Shown: piece by piece, positions 34,882-44,679 of the stretch
How the letters are laid out: every line of letters begins with the position of its first letter
Position numbering within the stretch: position 1 is the first letter of the stretch
Assembly: GCA_050261575.1 (NCBI GenBank)
Contig: JBLNDL010000008.1
Location: 1 to 62,867, forward strand
Length of the DNA: 62,867 bases
Source: Sphingomonadaceae bacterium
GTDB taxonomy: Bacteria > Chloroflexota > UBA6077
Direction of reading: 5' to 3'
Made by a program: the position numbers and the translations under genes
The notes under the pieces: model-generated
Database searches by the model: none
What the model was told of the DNA's origin: nothing
The model's input: the letters and a program-made list of their open reading frames with translations, nothing else

Positions 34882-36633
34882 TCATCGGTCCACGTCCGAC
34901 AGCACGAAGTCGATGCTGCCCAGCGTGGAGATCAGGTCCGACACCATGTAGCCCCTGCTGGTAAGCGGCAGCGTCTGCAGGTGGGCGAAGGAGGGGGTGC
35001 GGATCCGGTTCCGGTACGCGGCGGTGCTGCCGTCGCTGATCAGGTAGAAGGCCATCATTCCCTTGGCCGCCTCGGTGATGATCTGCGCCTCGCCGGCCGG
35101 TATGACTGGACCCCAGCTCACGTTCAGGAAGTGGGCTATCAGGGTCTCGATGTCGTACATGGTGTTGGTGTCCTTGATCGGGGGAGTCGCCAGTGGATGG
35201 CGGGACTTGTAGGGACCCTCGGGCATGTTGTTCAGACACTGCTCGATGATCCGCAGGCTCTGCCACATCTCCTCGACGTGCACCACGGCCCGCCCGTAGC
35301 AGTCCCCGCGATGCCAGGTGGGGATCTCGAACTCGAACTGGTCGTAGCCGGAGTAGGGGCGCTTCTTCCGCATGTCCCACTCGAGTCCGCAAGCGCGCAG
35401 GCCCGGCCCCGTCACCCCCCACTCGATGGCCTGGTCCAGGGTGTACTCCCCGATCCCTATCGTGCGTTCCTTGAAGATCCGGTTCCGCATCACCAGGCTG
35501 TCGTACTCTTTCAGCTTCGGAGGCATGTAGTCCAGGAACTCGCGGACGAGCCTATCCCACCCCCTCGGCAGGTCGGCGGCGACCCCGCCGATGCGGAACC
35601 AGCCCGGGTGCATCCGAAAGCCAGTGACCGCCTCGATGATCTTGAATGCCTGCTCACGGTCGTTGAACATGTAGAACACCGGGGAGAGCGCGCCGAGGTC
35701 CTGGGCGTAGGTGCCGTACCACACCAGGTGGCTGATGATGCGGAACAGTTCCGTCAGCATCACCCGGATCACCTTGGCCCGGTCCGGCACCTCGATCCCC
35801 GCTAGCCGTTCCACCGACATCAGGTAGGCGATCTCGTTCACGAAGCCGCCCACGTAGTCGATGCGGTCGGTGTAGGGGAGATAGGTGTGCCAGGTCTGCC
35901 GCTCGCCAAGCTTCTCCTGAGCCCGATGGTGGAACCCTATGTCCGGGACGCAGTCGACGATCTCCTCGCCGTCCAGTTGCAGGACGATGCGGAAGGGGCC
36001 GTGGGTCCCGGGATGCTGCGGCCCCAGATTGAGGAACATGAACTCCCCCTCGGTCCCCCGAGCCGTGAGTCCCCAGTCCTCCGGATTGAACTGCAGCGCC
36101 GCCTGCTCGGTGGCGCCCCTTTCCTCTGTCAGGATGTAGGGACCCATTTCGGTCCCACGAGAGGGGTGCTCCTTGCGCAGGGGGTGGCCTTTCCACGTGG
36201 TGGGCATCAGGATGCGCCGTAGGTTGGGGTGGCCCTCCACCACGATGCCGAACATGTCCCACACCTCTCGCTCGTACCAGTTGGCCGAGGGCCAGATGTC
36301 GGTCACGGTGCGAATGGTGGGGTACTCACCCTCGAGGGCGACCTTGATCCGGACGTCGGCGTTCCGGTCGTAGGACAGCAGGTGGTAGACGACGGTGAAG
36401 TCGGCGGCCGGCTGGCCCTCCCTGCGGGACCTCATCCGCTCGTCGATAGCGGTCAGGTCGAAGAGGGTGCGGAAGGGGCCGGGCACCTCCGTCTTGAGGA
36501 ATCGGAGGACATCCCTGACCCTATCCCTGTCCACCCACAGAGTGGGAAGGCCGTCCACGGTCGGCTGGGCCGTGAAGGCGATGTCCGGAAACCTGCTCTG
36601 CAATTCCCGAATGACGTCCGCGTCGCCGCTCAT
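34882..36633 (-). CDS. nuoCD: Fused NADH-quinone oxidoreductase subunit C/D
   Basis: NuoC part [18 protein letters not shown] joined to NuoD part [21 protein letters not shown]; ends DFVLSDVDR. Confidence 0.95.
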   Translation of the reverse strand: MSGDADVIRELQSRFPDIAFTAQPTVDGLPTLWVDRDRVRDVLRFLKTEVPGPFRTLFDLTAIDERMRSRREGQPAADFTVVYHLLSYDRNADVRIKVALEGEYPTIRTVTDIWPSANWYEREVWDMFGIVVEGHPNLRRILMPTTWKGHPLRKEHPSRGTEMGPYILTEERGATEQAALQFNPEDWGLTARGTEGEFMFLNLGPQHPGTHGPFRIVLQLDGEEIVDCVPDIGFHHRAQEKLGERQTWHTYLPYTDRIDYVGGFVNEIAYLMSVERLAGIEVPDRAKVIRVMLTELFRIISHLVWYGTYAQDLGALSPVFYMFNDREQAFKIIEAVTGFRMHPGWFRIGGVAADLPRGWDRLVREFLDYMPPKLKEYDSLVMRNRIFKERTIGIGEYTLDQAIEWGVTGPGLRACGLEWDMRKKRPYSGYDQFEFEIPTWHRGDCYGRAVVHVEEMWQSLRIIEQCLNNMPEGPYKSRHPLATPPIKDTNTMYDIETLIAHFLNVSWGPVIPAGEAQIITEAAKGMMAFYLISDGSTAAYRNRIRTPSFAHLQTLPLTSRGYMVSDLISTLGSIDFVLSDVDR

Positions 36634-36790
36634 CGACTGCACTTCACCACTTTGCACATCAGGTCGTCCCACGATCTCGCGGTGCAGGGCGGGCGTGTCG
36701 CTGCGCTCCCGGGCCGTCCCCACATCGGCAGCCGCAGGCTTCAGCCCGCGTGTGCCGCGGGGCGAACCCACATCCTGCCCCACTCCGGTG

Positions 36791-37429
36791 CTAGACCTCG
36801 TCCGGCGGACGGAGCAGGGTGACCCGCTGCCGCTCGGCTCGCTTCAGGTCCCGGAACGATGGGAGGGCCGGGCGCTCCACCCCCTGGGGGCCGACCACCC
36901 AACTCAAGGGGCGTTTCTCCTTGCCCACCAGGTCCTGCAGGAGGCGCAGCCCCTCTATCAAGGTGTCGGGGCGAGGGGGACAGCCCTGGACGTAGACGTC
37001 CACGGGTAGGAACTTGTCCACCCCCTGCACCACGCTGTAGACGTCGAACATCCCGGCCGAATTGGCGCAGGAGCCCATCGAGATCACCCAGCGGGGAGCC
37101 ATCATCTGCTCGTACAGCCGCTGGATGATCGGCGCCATCTTGATGAACACCGTCCCGGCGACCACCATCACGTCCGCCTCTCTCGGCGAGGAACGGATCA
37201 CCTCCGAGCCGAAGCGGGCGAGGTCGTACTTGCTCGTGAGGGTGGTAGCGAACTCCACGTAGCAGCATGAGAGGCCGAAGTTGAAGGGCCACAGGGAGTT
37301 CCTTCGACCCCACGCCAGGAGGTCCTGCAGACGGCTCAGCAGGACGCTGCGGTGCGCGGACTCCTCGAACGAAGCATCGCCCCCCGCCATCGGCGCCGGG
37401 GCGTCGGGTCGGCTGAACCACCATCCCAT
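36791..37429 (-). CDS. nuoB: NADH-quinone oxidoreductase subunit B
   Basis: [25 protein letters not shown]. Confidence 0.96.
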   Translation of the reverse strand: MGWWFSRPDAPAPMAGGDASFEESAHRSVLLSRLQDLLAWGRRNSLWPFNFGLSCCYVEFATTLTSKYDLARFGSEVIRSSPREADVMVVAGTVFIKMAPIIQRLYEQMMAPRWVISMGSCANSAGMFDVYSVVQGVDKFLPVDVYVQGCPPRPDTLIEGLRLLQDLVGKEKRPLSWVVGPQGVERPALPSFRDLKRAERQRVTLLRPPDEV

Positions 37430-37446
37430 GGATCGGTTATCCCTTT

Positions 37447-37836
37447 CTATCTGGAAGCGCCTCGCTTCAGCCTGGTGGTACCCCAGTCGAGCGCAGCCTG
37501 CCGCCACAGGTAGGCGAGGGCGGCCAGGAGCGACACCACGAAGAAGGCGGCGGCGAAGAATCCGAGCCAGCCCAGGTCGCGGGCCGCCACTGCCCAGGCG
37601 AAGAGGAAGGTGGCTTCCAGGTCGAACACCACGAAGAACATCGCAACCAGGTAGTACTTGACGTCGAAGCGCACCCGTGCGGATCCCGTGGGGACGATGC
37701 CGGACTCGAAGGGCTGCCCGGTCTGGGGTTGCAGGTGGCGCTCTCCCAGGACGTAGGACAGCCCGACCATGATCCCCACGACGGCGATGATGAGGGCGAA
37801 GTAGACCGCGAAGGGCCAGAGAGCGATTTCCTGCAC
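37447..37836 (-). CDS. nuoA: NADH-quinone oxidoreductase subunit A
   Basis: [23 protein letters not shown] start with GGAGG RBS. Confidence 0.94.
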   Translation of the reverse strand: MQEIALWPFAVYFALIIAVVGIMVGLSYVLGERHLQPQTGQPFESGIVPTGSARVRFDVKYYLVAMFFVVFDLEATFLFAWAVAARDLGWLGFFAAAFFVVSLLAALAYLWRQAALDWGTTRLKRGASR

Positions 37837-38123
37837 CGTGCAGAAGCCTCCGCATCGTGTTCCTCGGCCGCCGTCGGCCCCGCAGCGGATCCTCGTGGTG
37901 GCCAACATCGCGACCACGGCGACGCCCTCGAGGCTTCTCCGGCCTCGGCCGGACGCCCGGAGGGCTGGCGGCCCTGGTGCCCGGATCGATCGTGGGGAAG
38001 CATCTCGGGGCCGCTTCATACCCTCTTGCAACTTGCGGACCAACAACCAGGTTCTCCGGGGTGGTTCACGCGCGGCGCTCCGCTCCGGCACGTTTCCGAT
38101 GTTGCGCGATGTCGGGCATTGCC

Positions 38124-38141
38124 CTATGATTCAGTTCACAA
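38124..38141. promoter_or_regulatory. Possible Rex operator upstream of the nuo operon
   Basis: Minus strand TTGTGAA-ctga-ATCATAG versus TTGTGAA-N4-TTCACAA; one half-site perfect, the other 4/7. Confidence 0.35.
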
Positions 38142-38336
38142 TCGAACAGTCCTTTCGGCTGCTTTTGGGAGCAGGCGATTCCGGTGGTGAACCGGAGTGG
38201 GGCCGGGCTTTGGAAGGCAGCGAGCGTAAGCTCGTGGGACTCGGTGGCCGAGGGGTGATTTCGCGGTCGAGATCGCCCAGGCTGTCGGAGTCCGACGGGC
38301 TTTTCTGTTCCCGTCGATGGAGCGGAGGTTCATGGA

Positions 38337-39257
38337 GTGTTCTCGTCCAAACAGGGGGTGGCTACCCTCTCCGTCGTGTCCAACTCACTGCTGGTAGTCT
38401 TGAAGCTGACCGTGGGTATCGCCATCGGCTCGGTCAGCGTGATCTCGGAGGCCGTGCACTCCGGCATCGACCTGCTGGCGGCCATCATGGCTCTCTTCGC
38501 CGTTCGAGCTTCGTCGCGGCCGCCGGACGATGGCCACCACTTCGGACACGGCAAGGTGGAGAGCCTCTCCGGCGCCGTCGAGGCGCTGCTGATCTTCGTT
38601 GCGGCCATTCTGATCGTCGGCGAGGCCGTCCAGAAGCTGCTACACGGCACCGAGCTGCAGGCTGTGGACCTGGGTATCGGTGTGATGGCGGTCTCCGCCG
38701 TGGTGAACACGGTGGTATCGCGGCTGCTGCTGAGTGTCGCAAGGGCCACCGACTCTGCGGCCCTGGAGGCCGACGGCTGGCACCTAACCACCGACGTGCT
38801 GACATCGGTCGGCGTCGCGTTGGGTCTCATTGCCGTCCGGCTCACCGGCCGCTCGGAGTTGGATCCCCTTATCGCAATAGGGGTGGCCCTCTTCATATGC
38901 AAGGTGGCCTTCGACATCACCTCGAGGTCCGTCCGGGATCTGCTGGATTCCAGCCTTCCCAAGGAGGAGCAGGCGTTGATCCGCCTTGCCCTGGATGCGC
39001 ACCGGGCGGACGTGGTGGGCTACCACCGCATCCGATCCCGCAAGGTGGGCGCCGAGCGCCACGTGGACCTGCACCTCGTGGTACGCCGCGACGCCACGGT
39101 CCAGGAGTCCCACGACCTCTGCGACCACCTGGAGGACCATCTCCGGTCGGCGCTGGGTTCCTGCTCGCTGGGCATCCACGTGGAGCCCTGCCGTGGCGAG
39201 TGTGGGAAGTGCCATCTGGCCTGCCCGCCGTCCGAGGAAGAGGCCAAGCCCGCGTAG
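38337..39257 (+). CDS. Cation diffusion facilitator (FieF-like) transporter
   Basis: SEAVHSGID; HHFGHGKVE; ADGWHLTTD; C-terminal dimerisation domain ending IHVEP. Confidence 0.92.
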   Translation: MFSSKQGVATLSVVSNSLLVVLKLTVGIAIGSVSVISEAVHSGIDLLAAIMALFAVRASSRPPDDGHHFGHGKVESLSGAVEALLIFVAAILIVGEAVQKLLHGTELQAVDLGIGVMAVSAVVNTVVSRLLLSVARATDSAALEADGWHLTTDVLTSVGVALGLIAVRLTGRSELDPLIAIGVALFICKVAFDITSRSVRDLLDSSLPKEEQALIRLALDAHRADVVGYHRIRSRKVGAERHVDLHLVVRRDATVQESHDLCDHLEDHLRSALGSCSLGIHVEPCRGECGKCHLACPPSEEEAKPA

Positions 39258-39285
39258 GGCTGCCTGGCAGGGCCGGAAGGGCCGA

Positions 39286-39294
39286 TGCTATACT
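39286..39294 (+). promoter_or_regulatory. Extended -10 promoter for the gatCAB leader
   Basis: TG-C-TATACT immediately before element copy 3. Confidence 0.6.
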
Positions 39295-39370
39295 CTAAGC
39301 AGGTATCTCCAGAGAGAGCACACGTTTCCCGCCAGAGAAAGCCGACGTGAACTAGGAATACCTGCCTTAG
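39295..39370 (+). repeat. ~75-nt dispersed hairpin element, copy 3 (gatC leader)
   Basis: CTAAGCAGGTATCTCCAGAGAGAGCACACGTTTCCCGCCAGAGAAAGCCGACGTGAACTAGGAATACCTGCCTTAG. Confidence 0.9.
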
Positions 39371-39403
39371 GTTGGGGCGACCGTACGGTCGCCCCAACCT
39401 AAG
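39366..39403. repeat. Perfect 38-bp palindrome (REP-like)
   Basis: CTTAGGTTGGGGCGACCGTACGGTCGCCCCAACCTAAG is its own reverse complement. Confidence 0.9.
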
Positions 39404-39427
39404 AACCCAGAACCGCAAGAGGCAGCT

Positions 39428-39745
39428 ATGAGCATCAGCCGTGAGGAAGTGGAACACGTTGCCTATCTGGCCAGGGTGGGTCTCACCGAGGAGGAGAAGG
39501 AGCGCCTCCGGGGGCAGCTATCGGACATCTTGGGCCACGTGGCCATGATCAACCAGTTGGACACCGAGGCGATCCCTCCGACGGCTCAGGTGATCCCGCT
39601 TCAGAACGTCATGCGCCCCGACGAACCGGGGGTGTGCTACCCGCCAGAGGCGATCCTATCCAATGCCCCCAGGGCCGAGGATCACTATTTCAAGATCCCG
39701 CCTGTCCTGGAGGAAGTCCCTCTCGATGGCCCACCGGAGATCTGA
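39428..39745 (+). CDS. gatC: Asp/Glu-tRNA amidotransferase subunit C
   Basis: [29 protein letters not shown]. Confidence 0.95.
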   Translation: MSISREEVEHVAYLARVGLTEEEKERLRGQLSDILGHVAMINQLDTEAIPPTAQVIPLQNVMRPDEPGVCYPPEAILSNAPRAEDHYFKIPPVLEEVPLDGPPEI

Positions 39746-39830
39746 GAAGTGCTGCGTCCTGGGACCTGCGTCCTGAGTAGTCGAATACGCCCGCAGGACA
39801 GGGGACTCAGGACCCGTAAGGAGAACGGTC

Positions 39831-41288
<1,458 letters not shown>

Positions 41289-41366
41289 TGAGGATCAAGG
41301 ACTGAGGAGCTGATAGCCGGTAGCCAATTGCTAGAAGCTTGTCAGTCCTGTTCAAGGAGCGAGATC

Positions 41367-42806
41367 ATGGAATACGAGCCGGTGATCGGTCTTGAGGTCC
41401 ACGCGCAGTTGCTGACGGAGAGCAAGATGTTCTGCTCCTGCAGCGCGGACTACGCGGGCGCGGCGCCCAACACCCACGTCTGTCCGGTCTGCCTGGGGAT
41501 GCCCGGCGTGTTGCCCGTCATCAACCAGAAGGCGGTGGAGTACACCGTCATGACTGCCCTGGCCCTCAACTGCCAGATACCGGAGTTCAGCAAGTTCGAC
41601 CGAAAGAACTACCCCTATCCGGACCTGGTTAAGGGGTATCAGATTTCCCAGTACGATATGCCGCTCAGCCGCGACGGCTGGATTCAGGTCGAGACCGACG
41701 GCCAGGTGAGTCGGGTCGGCATCATCCGGGTGCACCTGGAGGAGGACACCGCCAAGCTGCTCCACGTGACCGACGAGAACGGCCAGAGCTACAGCCTGGT
41801 GGACGTGAACCGCTCGGGGGTCCCGCTCATGGAGATCGTGAGCGCGCCGGATATCCGGTCACCCCAGCAGGCCCGAGCCTACCTGATCAAGCTGAGGGCG
41901 ATCCTCCAGGCGCTGGGGGTCTCCACCGGCAACATGGAGGAAGGCTCCTTCCGCTGTGACGCGAACGTCTCCATCCGTCCGAAGGGGAGCAAGGAGTTCG
42001 GCATCAAGACCGAGGTGAAGAACATGAACTCCTTCCGCTCGGTCCAGCGGGCGCTGGAGTACGAGATCAAGCGGCAGGCGGCGGTGCTAGAGCAGGGCGG
42101 CCGGATCGTCCAGGAGACCCGAGGCTGGGTGGAGGACAAGGGCATCACCGTCAGCCAGCGAACCAAGGAGTACGCCCACGACTACCGCTACTTCCCGGAG
42201 CCGGATTTGCCGCCCATGATGTTGGGCCGGGAGTGGGTGGAGAACGTTCGGGCGAAGCTGCCCGAGCTGCCCGATGCTCGCCGCGACCGCTTCGTCGCCC
42301 AGTACGGTCTGGATAGGGAGAGCGCCCGACTGCTCACCGAGAGCAGGGCGACCGCCGAGTTCTACGAGAAGACGGTCGGCCTCTACCCCAACCCCAGAGC
42401 GGTATCGAACTGGATGCAGGGCGAGCTGTTCCGGCTGCTGAAGGACGGCGAGGGCGACGTGAGCGGCACCAAGCTCACCCCCGAGATGCTGGCCGAGCTG
42501 CTGCAGATGGTGGAGAAGGGGGCCATCAACGCCCGCACCGCCAAGGAAGTGTTCGAGGAGATGTTCAACACCGGCGAGCCGGCCGGGGAGATCGTCAAGG
42601 AAAAGGGGCTCACCCAGATCAGCGACACCGCCCACCTCGAGCTGGTGGTGGACGATGTGATCAAGAACAACCCCCAGGCGGTGGCCGACTACCGGGCCGG
42701 CAAGGCGCCCGCCATCGGTTTCCTGGTGGGCCAGGTGATGAAGCTCACTCGCGGCCAGGCCAACCCCGGGGTGGTCAACAAGCTGCTCAAGGACAAGCTG
42801 GGGTAG
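41367..42806 (+). CDS. gatB: Asp/Glu-tRNA amidotransferase subunit B
   Basis: VIGLEVHAQL; HLEEDTAK; DYRYFPEPDLP. Confidence 0.97.
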   Translation: MEYEPVIGLEVHAQLLTESKMFCSCSADYAGAAPNTHVCPVCLGMPGVLPVINQKAVEYTVMTALALNCQIPEFSKFDRKNYPYPDLVKGYQISQYDMPLSRDGWIQVETDGQVSRVGIIRVHLEEDTAKLLHVTDENGQSYSLVDVNRSGVPLMEIVSAPDIRSPQQARAYLIKLRAILQALGVSTGNMEEGSFRCDANVSIRPKGSKEFGIKTEVKNMNSFRSVQRALEYEIKRQAAVLEQGGRIVQETRGWVEDKGITVSQRTKEYAHDYRYFPEPDLPPMMLGREWVENVRAKLPELPDARRDRFVAQYGLDRESARLLTESRATAEFYEKTVGLYPNPRAVSNWMQGELFRLLKDGEGDVSGTKLTPEMLAELLQMVEKGAINARTAKEVFEEMFNTGEPAGEIVKEKGLTQISDTAHLELVVDDVIKNNPQAVADYRAGKAPAIGFLVGQVMKLTRGQANPGVVNKLLKDKLG

Positions 42807-42809
42807 GGA

Positions 42810-42875
42810 CCCCTATCCCCTGCCCCCTTCCCTTAACGGGAAGGGGGTTTTCATTCTCCCCCCGCACGGGGAGGG
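42810..42875. repeat. CCCTCTCCC/GGGAGAGGG-type hairpin repeats
   Basis: CCCCCTTCCC-ttaac-GGGAAGGGGG and CTCCCC-ccgcac-GGGGAG; same style as 11850-11880, 21520-21552 and 48172-48221. Confidence 0.6.
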
Positions 42876-42951
42876 CCAAGCAAGTATCTCTAGATAGAGT
42901 AGACGTTTCCCCCCATGAGAGTTGACGTGAACCGGAGATGCCTGCCCTGAG
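42876..42951 (+). repeat. ~75-nt dispersed hairpin element, copy 4 (rlmD leader)
   Basis: CCAAGCAAGTATCTCTAGATAGAGTAGACGTTTCCCCCCATGAGAGTTGACGTGAACCGGAGATGCCTGCCCTGAG; abuts the RBS. Confidence 0.87.
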
Positions 42952-42966
42952 GAAGAGGTTAACGCG

Positions 42967-44250
42967 ATGGCGAAGAGAGAGCGCAAGGTAATCGGACCGG
43001 TAGAGCTGACGGACATGGCGTACGGCGGGGAGGCCGTGGGGCGCCACGAGGGGATGGTGGTGTTCGTCTACCTGGGGGCCCCTGGCGACATCGCCACCGT
43101 CGACGTCACCATCACCAAGAAGAGCTTCGCTCGGGGCAGCATCGTCGACCTCGTTCGGCCCTCCGATCTCCGCACCACCCCTCCCTGCCCCTACTTCGGC
43201 AGTTGCGGGGGCTGCCAGTGGCAGCACATCCGCTACGAGGAGCAGATCAAGCTCAAGCAGCACCTGGTGGCCGAGGCGTTCGAGCGGATAGGACACCTGC
43301 CCGTTGAGGTTCTGCCCACTCTTGGCATGGATCACCCGTGGCACTACCGCAACACCATGGAGTTCGGCTTCACCTTCGAGCAGGAGCCGGGCCTCCGGCG
43401 GCTGCGGGGGCACCGCATCGTGCCGATCGGGGAGTGCATCATCTCCAGACTGGAGATCAACGAGGTTCTGGGACTGCTGTGGGACTGCTTCTACCGGGAG
43501 AAGATGGCGGAGGTTACCCCTCACAACGCCTTCGTGAGGGTGGGAGACGGCCCCGCGCCTCGCACCGTGGTCGGACTCTGGGGCCACGGGGAGTGGCCGC
43601 ATATCGCCGACCGGATGGTGCAGGACCGGCCTGACCTGATCGCCGGAGTCGTTCAGCGGAAGGGCCGGAGCTCCGAGAAGGGGCGCATCCTCTTCGGACG
43701 GGACTACACCGAGCACGAACTGCTGGGCAAGCGCTACCGGGCCAGCCTCGCCTCCTTCTTCCAGGTTAACCACACCCAGACCGAGGTGCTGATCCGAACC
43801 GCTCTCGCATTCCTCCAGCCGGAGCCCGACCAGGTGGTCCTGGATGCCTACTCCGGGGTGGGCACCTTCTCCCTCCAGCTCGCCGACAGGGTCGCGAAAG
43901 TGGTGGCCGTGGAGGCCAGTCCATCGGCCAACGTAGATGCTAGAATGAACACGGCCGGGTTGGACAACGTGAGTCTGGTGGAGGGGAACTTCGGCGAGGT
44001 GACCCTGCCGGTCGAGCGGGTCGACGGCGTGGTCATCGACCCCCCGCGAGGAGGGGTTGCCCCCGAGGGGTTGGACGCGCTCGTGCGGCTCTCGCCTGAG
44101 CGGATAGTCTACGTCTCGTGCGATCCCACCACCTTGGCTCGGGACGCCGCCTTGCTGGTTGGGGCGGGCTACCGCCTGGAGCGGGTCCAGCCGATCGACC
44201 TGTTCCCGCAAACCTACCATGTGGAGACGGTGGCCCTCTTCCTGCGCTGA
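42967..44250 (+). CDS. rlmD: 23S rRNA m5U methyltransferase (RlmD/TrmA family, TRAM domain)
   Basis: CPYFGSCGGCQWQH; SFFQVN; DAYSGVG; DPPR; YVSCDP; DLFPQTYHVE. Confidence 0.92.
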   Translation: MAKRERKVIGPVELTDMAYGGEAVGRHEGMVVFVYLGAPGDIATVDVTITKKSFARGSIVDLVRPSDLRTTPPCPYFGSCGGCQWQHIRYEEQIKLKQHLVAEAFERIGHLPVEVLPTLGMDHPWHYRNTMEFGFTFEQEPGLRRLRGHRIVPIGECIISRLEINEVLGLLWDCFYREKMAEVTPHNAFVRVGDGPAPRTVVGLWGHGEWPHIADRMVQDRPDLIAGVVQRKGRSSEKGRILFGRDYTEHELLGKRYRASLASFFQVNHTQTEVLIRTALAFLQPEPDQVVLDAYSGVGTFSLQLADRVAKVVAVEASPSANVDARMNTAGLDNVSLVEGNFGEVTLPVERVDGVVIDPPRGGVAPEGLDALVRLSPERIVYVSCDPTTLARDAALLVGAGYRLERVQPIDLFPQTYHVETVALFLR

Positions 44251-44327
44251 GGGTAGCCTGATTCTCCGCTGGCAGGCACTCTACAGTAGAATACTCCCAG
44301 CCGTGGTGGTATATCTGGAGGGGGTCG

Positions 44328-44578
44328 ACGCCGAGGGCGGGCGCGGAGAAGGCGCAGGTGGTCAGCAGTACCAGCTCCTAGACGAGTACGCCCGTACGCG
44401 GGGGATGACGGTGAACCCTCTCCTGCGAGAGAGCCTCGAGCGCGGCCCGATCGCATCCCTGGAACGCCGCCGCGAGGCAGCCTTGGCGAGGCTGGCGTGG
44501 TAGCGGCTCCCCGCCGCCGACTGGGACGGCATCGAGCGCCAATCGCAGGAGCGTTGGGCCGGCCGTGATGCCCCGTGA
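44328..44578 (+). pseudogene. Degraded ribbon-helix-helix/CopG-like antitoxin
   Basis: QYQLLDEYARTRGMTVNPLLRESLE...AALARLAW-stop-RLPAADWDGIERQ; in-frame TAG at 44501; ACG in place of ATG after a GGAGG RBS; frameshift near the N-terminus. Confidence 0.5.
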
Positions 44579-44679
44579 ACCGATGATGGTGGGCTGCCAC
44601 ATCCCCGTGTTCGCCGCGTGACGTGAGCGCTGCGCAGCGTTGATAGCGACGGCTGATAGCTGATAGAGGTTCGTTCGGT

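Noticed and set aside
39295..39370. Element as hairpin ribozyme (CCAGAGAGAGCACACGTT resembles loop B) or as integron attC
   Set aside because: The opposite loop B strand and loop A are absent. Ends are CTAAG/CTTAG rather than RYYYAAC/GTTRRRY, and there is no cassette array or integrase.
44501..44503. In-frame TAG as pyrrolysine
   Set aside because: The gene has other lesions and no pyl context is present.
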